64,000 nt of DNA from assembly GCA_965221775.1 (NCBI GenBank), contig CBDCSU010000006.1, positions 2,336,001 to 2,400,000 of the forward strand. Direction: 5' to 3'. Each line of letters starts with the position of its first letter. The first letter of the stretch is position 1. The position numbers and the translations under genes were made by a program. Positions 57,093-64,000 of the stretch are shown one piece after another. Under the pieces are notes generated by a model. It was not told the origin of the DNA and did not search any database. It saw only the letters and a program-made list of their open reading frames with translations. Origin of the DNA: Candidatus Latescibacterota bacterium (lineage in GTDB: Bacteria > Latescibacterota > UBA2968 > UBA8231).

Positions 57093-60000
57093 GTGAGCGC
57101 ACACCCAATAGTGACCCGCCTTGCTCTCGCACTGTTTCTGGCCGGTGGCTTGGCCTTCCCCGAGCCGCTACCGAGCCATGACCATGGAATTGAGGGCCGG
57201 GTGCGGCTGGACTCCGGCGCGTCCGTGCCCCAGGCGCAGGTACGGCTGTTCAATCTGACCGATCTGCGGGCCCCCCCGCTGGCCGCCACCACGGATGCGT
57301 CCGGTCACTTCCGACTGTCCCTGGACGGTCCGGCCAGCCAATCGGCCTTGCCGGACCAGTTCGAGTTGGGGGCCAACTATCCCAATCCCTTCAACCCGTC
57401 CACGATCATCCCCTACCAGCTGCCGGCCTCGATGCACGTGCGCTTGGACGTGTTCAACCTCCTGGGCCAGCGCATCGCCACGCTCGTCGACGGAGAGCAG
57501 CCGGCCGGGTTCCACATCGCCGCCTGGGACGCCACGGACGCGGCGGGGCGGGCCGTGGGCGCCGGCGTCTATCTCTACCGCCTGAGCGGGAGCAGGGGCC
57601 AGGTCACGCGGCGGATGCTGCTGATCGACGGACAGGCGGGGATTGCGGCGGGCGGTCCAGAGTCCGCTGCCAGGGGAGGCGGGGAGACGGCCCCGGCCTA
57701 CGGGTTGACCGTCTCCGGACCGGGGCTGGTCCCCTACGTGGACCCGGCTTTCCGCCTCAAGGCGGGCATGGCCCCGGTGGAGGTGGTGCTCGAAACGCCG
57801 GGGCCGCGGCCCTCTCGGGCGAAGGTGGCCTCGGGCGGGATTCTCGGCGATGTGGACAACAACGGCCGGGTCGACTTCTCCGACGCCCTGCTGGTGGCCC
57901 TGTACAGCCTGGACTCCAGCACCGTCATGCCCAACAACGGCGACATCTCCCTGGGGGATGTCAACGCTGACGGCCAGGTCGATCTGTCCGACGCCTGGGT
58001 CATCGTGGCGTACCTCAACGATCCGTCCGATCCGTCGCTGCCGTCCGGGATCGGGGAGCCGGTGTCGCTGGCGGTCGTCCAACTCACCGACAACTACTCT
58101 GGAGATTACACCCCCGCTTGGTCGCCCGACGGGCGGCGCATCGCGTTCCAGTCCGACCGCGACGGGGACTCCGAAATCTACGTAATGAACGCCGCCGGCT
58201 CCGGCGTCACCCAACTCACCCACAACGGCGCTGGGGATTGGAGTCCTGCTTGGTCGCCCGACGGGCGGCGCATCGCGTTCAACTCCGACCGCGACGGGGA
58301 CTCCGAAATCTACGTGATGAACGCCGCCGGCTCCGGTGTCACCCAACTCACCCACAACGACGCTGGGGATCACGGCCCCGCTTGGTCGCCCGACGGCCAG
58401 CGCATCGCCTTCAACTCCGACCGCGACGGGGACCATGAGATCTACGTGATGAACGCCGCCGGCTCCGGCGTCACCCAACTCACCCACCACGGCGCTTGGG
58501 ATTTCGCCCCCGCGTGGTCGCCTGATGGCCGGCGCATCGCATTCTCCTCCCTCCGCGACGGGGACTTTGAGATCTACTTGATGAACGCCGCCGGCTCCGG
58601 CGTCACCCAACTCACCCACAACGACGCTGTGGATTGGTTTCCTGCTTGGTCGCCCGACGGCCGGCGCATCGCATTCGAGTCCGACCGCGACGGGGACTCC
58701 GAAATCTACGTGATGAACGCCGCCGGCTCCGGTGTCACCCAACTCACCCACAACGACGATGAGGATTGGTTTCCTGCTTGGTCGCCCGACGGCCAGCGCA
58801 TCGCGTTCCAGTCCGACCGCGACGGGGACCATGAGATCTACGTGCGGACCTACACCGTCACCGTGACCAGCGTCTCCCCCGACTTGGTGGTACAGTCGCC
58901 CTGGGTCAGCGACAACAGCCTGACCTCGGGGCAGTCCTTCACCCTGCGCGCCACCGTGCGAAACCGCGGCGACGCCCGGTCGTCCTCCACGACCCTGCAC
59001 TACTACCGCTCCTCCAATGCCACCATCACCACCACGGACACCCGCATCGGCACCGATCCCGTTCGCGCCCTCGCCACAGGCGCTTCCAGCACCGAATCGA
59101 TCCCCCTGAGCGCGCCCTCCAGCGCAGGCACCTACTACTACGGTGCCTGTGTACAGAGCGTCAGCGGCGAGAGCGATACGAACAACAACTGCTCCCCTGG
59201 CGTGCGCGTCACCGTGACCAGCGCCTCCCCCGACTTGGTGGTGCAGTCGCCCGGGGTCAGCGACAACAGCCTGACCTCGGGGCAGTCCTTCATCCTGCGC
59301 GCCACCGTGCGAAACCGCGGCGACGCCCGGTCGTCCTCCACGACCTTGCACTACTACCGCTCCTCCAATGCCACCATCACCACCAGGGACACCCGCATCG
59401 GCACCGACTACGTGGGTCCTTTGGGCGCATCCCGTACCAGTGCCGAGTCGATCCGCCTGAGCGCGCCCTCCAGCGCAGGCACCTACTACTACGGCGCCTG
59501 CGTGCAAGGCGTCAGCGGCGAGAGCGATACGAACAACAACTGCTCCCCTGGCGTGCGCGTCACCGTGGAAGAGGTGACCGGCAGCCCGGACCTGATCGTG
59601 GAGTCGGTTTCGGTCAGCGACAACACCCTGACCCCAGGCCAGTCCTTCATCCTGAGTGCCACGGTGCGCAACCAAGGCACGGGAGCGTCGGTTGCGACCA
59701 CGCTGCGCTACTATCGCTCGTCGAACCAGACGATCTCCACCCGGGATACGGAAGTCGGCACCGACCACGTGAGGGCCCTGGGCGCATCCCGTACCAGTGC
59801 CGAGTCGATCCCCCTGACCGCGCCGTCGAGCGAGGGCACCTACTACTACGGCGCCTGCGTGCAAGGCGTCAGCGGCGAGAGCGATACGAACAACAACTGC
59901 TCCCCTGGCGTGCACGTGGAAGCGAGTGAACCTGACCACGGCGACAGCCGCTCGTCGGCGACGGTGGTCGCTTGGGGGAGTGAGACGCCCGGCGAGCTGG

Positions 60001-61046
60001 AGGCGGGCGATGTCGACTACTTCCGTGTGGAGGTCGCCGAGTCGGGGGACCTGGTCGCCTTTACGACCGGCGCTGTGGACACCCGCGGCCACATTGAGGA
60101 CAGCTCGGGCAACGTCCTCGCAAGCGATGACGACGGGGGGGCAGGTCTCAACTTCCGGGTGAGAACCACGGTGGTTGCCAGCACCTACTACATCCGAGTC
60201 ACGGGTTTTACGAACGGCCCCTACACCCTGCATGTTGGAAGCGAGGGGCTCACGACCCAGGACGGCTTCCAGATCGAGCTCGTCTTCACCGACGACTTTC
60301 TCTCGGGCCACCAAACGATGGTCCGAGAGGCGGCCGACCGCTGGGAACAGATCATCACCAACGACCTGCCGGATTTCTCCCATCTCTACTTCGACAGCAC
60401 CGACCATGCCTGGTGGGCATCCCAGCAGGCGCAACATCCCTGGCTCGGCGATCTGTTGATCGACGGGGAGCCCCTGGACGATCTCCGGATCTACGTGGGC
60501 TACGGCGACAACCCGGACTTCTATGGCTGGGCCGGGCCGTTCTTGATCCGCACGGCGAGCAACACCCCCATTCTTGGCCTCGTGTCGATTGATCGGTCGG
60601 CGTTCGACTTTGCCACTATCCGCGGCACGCTGTTGCACGAGATCGGCCACGTGCTCGGCATCGGCACCTTGTGGGACAACCTGCTCGGAGGCGAGGGCGA
60701 GACTCGGCACTTCACCGGACCCCGAGCCCGGAACGCCTTTGACGTGGCCGGGGGATGGCGATACACAGGCCCCAAAGTGCCGGTCGAAGCGGACGGCTAC
60801 CACTGGAAGGAATCGGTGTTCGGGAACGAACTGATGAGCCCGAGCCGGCGGCTCACCGAGGAGGGCCCGGTCAGCTCGATCACCACCGAGTCCCTGAGCG
60901 ACCTCGGCTACCAGGTCGATTCTCGCTATGCCGACGCCTACGACTTGCCTCCCGCCGGCAAGCCCGCCGCCGTGAGGACCACGGGATGGCGTTGCGGCGT
61001 CACCGGGCCGATGCCCTACGGGGTCGCACAGCCGATGCAGCGATGA
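57093..61046 (+). CDS. Multidomain secreted protein: internal FlgD-type Ig, dockerin, 6 TolB-like PD40 repeats, 3 CARDB domains, PPC domain, M8 peptidase
   Basis: [13 protein letters not shown]; [13 protein letters not shown] / [13 protein letters not shown]; PAWSPDG x6; PDLVV...ESDTNNNCS x3; DVDYF...[11 protein letters not shown]; [10 protein letters not shown]...[13 protein letters not shown]. Confidence 0.9.
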   Translation: MSAHPIVTRLALALFLAGGLAFPEPLPSHDHGIEGRVRLDSGASVPQAQVRLFNLTDLRAPPLAATTDASGHFRLSLDGPASQSALPDQFELGANYPNPFNPSTIIPYQLPASMHVRLDVFNLLGQRIATLVDGEQPAGFHIAAWDATDAAGRAVGAGVYLYRLSGSRGQVTRRMLLIDGQAGIAAGGPESAARGGGETAPAYGLTVSGPGLVPYVDPAFRLKAGMAPVEVVLETPGPRPSRAKVASGGILGDVDNNGRVDFSDALLVALYSLDSSTVMPNNGDISLGDVNADGQVDLSDAWVIVAYLNDPSDPSLPSGIGEPVSLAVVQLTDNYSGDYTPAWSPDGRRIAFQSDRDGDSEIYVMNAAGSGVTQLTHNGAGDWSPAWSPDGRRIAFNSDRDGDSEIYVMNAAGSGVTQLTHNDAGDHGPAWSPDGQRIAFNSDRDGDHEIYVMNAAGSGVTQLTHHGAWDFAPAWSPDGRRIAFSSLRDGDFEIYLMNAAGSGVTQLTHNDAVDWFPAWSPDGRRIAFESDRDGDSEIYVMNAAGSGVTQLTHNDDEDWFPAWSPDGQRIAFQSDRDGDHEIYVRTYTVTVTSVSPDLVVQSPWVSDNSLTSGQSFTLRATVRNRGDARSSSTTLHYYRSSNATITTTDTRIGTDPVRALATGASSTESIPLSAPSSAGTYYYGACVQSVSGESDTNNNCSPGVRVTVTSASPDLVVQSPGVSDNSLTSGQSFILRATVRNRGDARSSSTTLHYYRSSNATITTRDTRIGTDYVGPLGASRTSAESIRLSAPSSAGTYYYGACVQGVSGESDTNNNCSPGVRVTVEEVTGSPDLIVESVSVSDNTLTPGQSFILSATVRNQGTGASVATTLRYYRSSNQTISTRDTEVGTDHVRALGASRTSAESIPLTAPSSEGTYYYGACVQGVSGESDTNNNCSPGVHVEASEPDHGDSRSSATVVAWGSETPGELEAGDVDYFRVEVAESGDLVAFTTGAVDTRGHIEDSSGNVLASDDDGGAGLNFRVRTTVVASTYYIRVTGFTNGPYTLHVGSEGLTTQDGFQIELVFTDDFLSGHQTMVREAADRWEQIITNDLPDFSHLYFDSTDHAWWASQQAQHPWLGDLLIDGEPLDDLRIYVGYGDNPDFYGWAGPFLIRTASNTPILGLVSIDRSAFDFATIRGTLLHEIGHVLGIGTLWDNLLGGEGETRHFTGPRARNAFDVAGGWRYTGPKVPVEADGYHWKESVFGNELMSPSRRLTEEGPVSSITTESLSDLGYQVDSRYADAYDLPPAGKPAAVRTTGWRCGVTGPMPYGVAQPMQR
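58074..58850 (+). repeat. 132-bp coding tandem repeat x6 (PD40 blades)
   Basis: Near-identical ATGAACGCCGCCGGCTCCGGYGTCACCCAACTCACCCAC and TGGTCGCCCGACGG blocks. Confidence 0.92.
58875..59916 (+). repeat. About 351-357-bp coding repeat x3 (CARDB domains)
   Basis: Units begin at 58875, 59226 and 59583 and share GCGTCAGCGGCGAGAGCGATACGAACAACAACTGCTCCCCTGGCGTGC. Confidence 0.9.
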
Positions 61047-61057
61047 AAGGACGCACC

Positions 61058-61558
61058 ATGAGAACAGCAGTGGGATGGATGCTCCTGGTTGCCCTGCTGG
61101 CGGCTTGCCAAGGGCCGGCAGGGCCGATGGGGCCCCAGGGAGAAAGGGGAGACCGTGGCCCCCAAGGAGAAAGAGGAGACCGTGGCCCCCAAGGCCCGCA
61201 GGGAGAGCCAGGGTGGCGCCCCGGGGACGTAGCTCTGGAGCGTCCCCTCCACATCTCGTCGTACGACTTGAACCTGGGAGGCATCGTGATCGACGACGGG
61301 CGGATCTCGACGGAAAGCTATCGGGGCGTGTTCGTCCGGATCGAAGCCGAGGGCCTCTTCCCGGTCTACATGCCCCTCGCCTACCTGATGATCGCATCGG
61401 CCGCCGGCGGCGGTGAAGACACACTCTTCATCTACGTTCGCCGAGGCTCAATCTTCATCCTCGACTCGGAGTTTTGGCTCCTCGAATTCGCCCAAGGATG
61501 GGCCTTGGTGGATGAGTCGGCGACTCTCACCTTGGTCGTGCTTCTCGATTCAAACTGA
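61058..61558 (+). CDS. Collagen-like lipoprotein
   Basis: Lipobox LAAC followed directly by 11 Gly-X-Y triplets ([33 protein letters not shown]). Confidence 0.82.
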   Translation: MRTAVGWMLLVALLAACQGPAGPMGPQGERGDRGPQGERGDRGPQGPQGEPGWRPGDVALERPLHISSYDLNLGGIVIDDGRISTESYRGVFVRIEAEGLFPVYMPLAYLMIASAAGGGEDTLFIYVRRGSIFILDSEFWLLEFAQGWALVDESATLTLVVLLDSN

Positions 61559-62179
61559 AACAACCGCCCGGGCTAGCCCCGGCGGGGGGGGTGAGCGGGT
61601 CAAGGAGAGCCCTCGACAGACCATAAGACGCGGTGGCTCGACAGCGACACCCTGCGGAAGCGCTTCCGCAGACACCTTGCGAGTCCGCCGCGCACCAGCG
61701 GGAGGGGGGTTGGGCAACCACCCCCCCGGCACGGAGTCGCGGCGCCCGGCTTGGAACTCAGCGGGCCCGCCCCCGTCACACCAGGGGATTCGTTGGCAGA
61801 CGGGACCTCCGTGGTCGGCCCCTAGAACCCGCCGCCCCCCTGAAAACTATCGCCGCCGGCAGCCGCCGCGACAGGGCCGCCCGGGGATGGGGCGCTACCC
61901 CGAGCGCCAGTTGCCTTGGAGATCCGCCCCGGTCACTTCGCCCTGCAAGAACCCGCGCAGCAGCGCGGCCCGGGTCGGGTCCGCCGTCGTGCCCTGAAGG
62001 ACCGCCTCGTTCAGCTCCGAGGGGAGCACCAACCACCCTGGCGGCCAGTAGCCCCATGAAATCCCGAGCCGCGGGTGCTCTTTCTGCCAGAGCATGGCGA
62101 CCACGGCCCAACTGCTGCCGGAGGTCCTCGAATACGGCGGCCGTGTTTGACCTGTAAACCCGTGACGAGAGAGGTTCCC

Positions 62180-63331
62180 GTGAAGACCGGACGGTGCATC
62201 AAGGAGCTGGAGGTGGAACTGGAGCGCCAGCGGGAGGCCAAGGTCGACTACTTGGCCGAGCAGATGGAGATGGGAGTGGAACCGCCCGAGGAGAGTGAAC
62301 TCCGATCTGGACGGGCCACCCCCGACCGTGTGCGCCTGTGGCTGGAAGGGCGCGGGTGGTTCAAACTCACCTGGCCTGTCCTCTGGCAGTTGCGTGACCG
62401 GGTGGGTATCCCCCCAAGCTACTACCACCGCATGCAAAACTCCGCGCCGGAGCTGCTTGCGGCGAACGTGAACCACTGGTTGAAGAACCAGCGCAACATA
62501 GTGGTCCGTACCCTGGACGGTTACGTCCGGGCGGTGGTTTCCGACCGCTACCGTCCACTGGACAACTTCGACTTGGTGGAAACGGTGCTGCCGGCCATGG
62601 AGGAGGCCGAAGCCCATGTGGTTTCCTGGGGGCTTACGGAAACGCATCTCTACCTCAAGGCCGTCGTGCCCGGCGAGAGGGAGGTACTGTGGCCGCAGGG
62701 TGTGGAGCAGAAGTGGGGCCAGGGCAACCACGACGTACACGTGCTGCAGCCCGGTGTGGTGGTGAGCAATTCCGAGGTCGGTGAAGGGGCCCTATGGGTA
62801 AGCTCGGCCACCCATACGGTACACTGCAGCAATTTGGCCGTCTGGTGCAATAGAGGCACCGCGTGGAAGAAGCACCACGCTGGCTCCCGGCTGGAAACAG
62901 GAAAAGGGAGGAGTCCAGAGGTGTGGAAGTGGCTGAAGGGCGGAACCCGGCCCCGGTCGGACGACGAGGTCTGGGCGCAGGTGCGCAACTTGGTACACCA
63001 GGCCCTGGAGGTCGAGCGGTTCCGGGAGATCGTCGAAAAGGTGAAGGCGAGCCTCGTCTACAGGATCGAAGGCGATCCGGCAGAGGCGGTGGAAGTGTTG
63101 GCCACGCAGCACGGCCTCAGGGAACAAGAGCGCGCGGGCTGTCTGCGCCATCTGATCCGCGGGGGCGACCTCTCTCAGTACGGCTTGCACCAGGCCGTGA
63201 CCCGCTTGGCCCAGGACGTGGCCAGCTACGACCGGGCCGATGCGCTGGAACGGCTGGGGGCCAGAATCGTGCAGCTGGAAGGCGAGGAGTGGGCAAAGAT
63301 CGCCCTCGCTGGCGTCGGAGAAGGAGCGTAA
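62180..63331 (+). CDS. DUF932/DUF945-like phage/plasmid protein
   Basis: IP.SYYHRM...PELLAANVNHWL, VRTLDG..RAVVSDRYRPLDN, PGVVVSNSEVGEG, CSNLAV, SQYGL..AVTR.AQD..SYDRA..LE. Confidence 0.75.
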   Translation: MKTGRCIKELEVELERQREAKVDYLAEQMEMGVEPPEESELRSGRATPDRVRLWLEGRGWFKLTWPVLWQLRDRVGIPPSYYHRMQNSAPELLAANVNHWLKNQRNIVVRTLDGYVRAVVSDRYRPLDNFDLVETVLPAMEEAEAHVVSWGLTETHLYLKAVVPGEREVLWPQGVEQKWGQGNHDVHVLQPGVVVSNSEVGEGALWVSSATHTVHCSNLAVWCNRGTAWKKHHAGSRLETGKGRSPEVWKWLKGGTRPRSDDEVWAQVRNLVHQALEVERFREIVEKVKASLVYRIEGDPAEAVEVLATQHGLREQERAGCLRHLIRGGDLSQYGLHQAVTRLAQDVASYDRADALERLGARIVQLEGEEWAKIALAGVGEGA

Positions 63332-63855
63332 CCGGCCCTCTGGGCAGAAACGCGGTAGAGATACACTGTGCGCCGCAGCAAGCCCAGGGCAGGTTGGGAG
63401 CGGAGGGCGGCCAATCTCGGGAGGAGATGGATCGGCGTTCAGGAGCCTTGGAGCAGGTCGCTGATCCGCGTCCTCTTGCCGCGTTGGACGGGGGCAGCTC
63501 GATGCCGAGGGTTCCAAGATCTCGGCCGGCACCACGACGGGCCGGAACCGTCGGCCCTTGCCACCGAAGCTGTGGGGGTTGGGACGGTACTCGGTGCCAA
63601 GGATTCTCAGCAGGATGCGGCGCAGATCCTTCTTCGCCAAGCTTGTTCGATCGAGAGCCACCAGCAGGCCCGGGTGGGTGCAGGCCACCATCAGGCCGCT
63701 GCCGGCCCCGTCGCGGCGGATCCCCAACCGCCTGGCCGCCTCGTCCCCCGTAGCCTTGGGATCGACAGGGCCTGCGCCACGGTCATGCGCTACTTCCGCG
63801 ACTACCGGCTGCCGGAGACACTGAGTCCGCCGAGACGGCCGCGAGGCCCTGAGTT

Positions 63856-63988
63856 GCCAATCAGCATCCAGGCACTGGCCGATCTCGGCTACCGCGTCGA
63901 CATCACCCGCGCCGACCCCTACGCCCTGCCGATGGACACGCTCTCCAAGCCAGTCGCGGCCCATCGGCCCTTGGTGCCAAGTGGCTGA
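63856..63988 (+). pseudogene. C-terminal fragment of an M8-like peptidase gene
   Basis: ISIQALADLGYRVDITRADPYALP matches the three other M8 C-termini; no HExxH upstream. Confidence 0.6.
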
Positions 63989-64000
63989 GGCGGCCCTTGA

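Larger units (their letters stand above)
31715..64000. mobile_element. Genomic island integrated at tRNA-Leu(CAA); right end not seen in window
   Basis: Integrase immediately 3' of the tRNA, AlpA, second recombinase, mobile-element remnants and mosaic cargo; no repeat of the tRNA 3' end found by eye. Confidence 0.75.

Noticed and set aside
38682-61046. Diversity-generating retroelement or retron as the source of variation
   Set aside because: No reverse transcriptase in the window, no non-coding template copy seen, and the changes are not obviously adenine-restricted. A trans-acting element elsewhere cannot be excluded.
57168-61424. 1418-aa minus-strand ORF and similar long ORFs (2052-4352, 12513-14753, 8314-10149, 25069-26913)
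   Set aside because: Antisense shadows of clear genes in high-GC DNA; no recognisable motifs.
63368-63855. Full 206-aa ORF 63368-63988 as an intact peptidase
   Set aside because: Only the last ~40 codons match M8; no HExxH or signal peptide.

Overview
High-GC (roughly 70% by eye) Gram-negative bacterial chromosome segment. The secreted-protein motifs (C-terminal WGxxK tails, NYPNPFN Ig-type domains) resemble those of Latescibacterota/FCB-type host-associated bacteria; this lineage call is inference. Bases 1-31.6 kb are intact core-like genes: PAS kinases, msrP, oxidoreductases, a peptidase/beta-propeller/Omp85 operon, FadL/PorV-like and YjbH-like barrels, tsaE, bactofilin, a 2-phosphoglycerate-kinase-like ATPase, transaldolase, a tandem-YjbQ protein, rpoZ, a sigma54 two-component pair and an nfeD-floA operon. 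After tRNA-Leu(CAA) (31628-31714) a genomic island begins and runs past the window end. It carries a P4-type integrase, AlpA, a Cre-like recombinase, a 5'-truncated DUF499 ATPase, two paralogous small HTH genes, a DUF932-like gene, several structured non-coding elements and many secreted or surface proteins. The best candidates for an undescribed system are: (i) a short C-terminal T-x-V...W-G-x-[LIV]-K motif on four exported proteins; (ii) a twice-repeated gene trio of leishmanolysin-like lipoprotein, small outer-membrane barrel and beta-propeller protein, whose repeats are nearly identical except at hypervariable surface positions; (iii) a recurring AGKP linker beside protease domains; (iv) long-stem structured non-coding elements. 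Several island genes carry single-base frameshifts that may be assembly errors. All family calls come from motif recognition by eye, not database searches.
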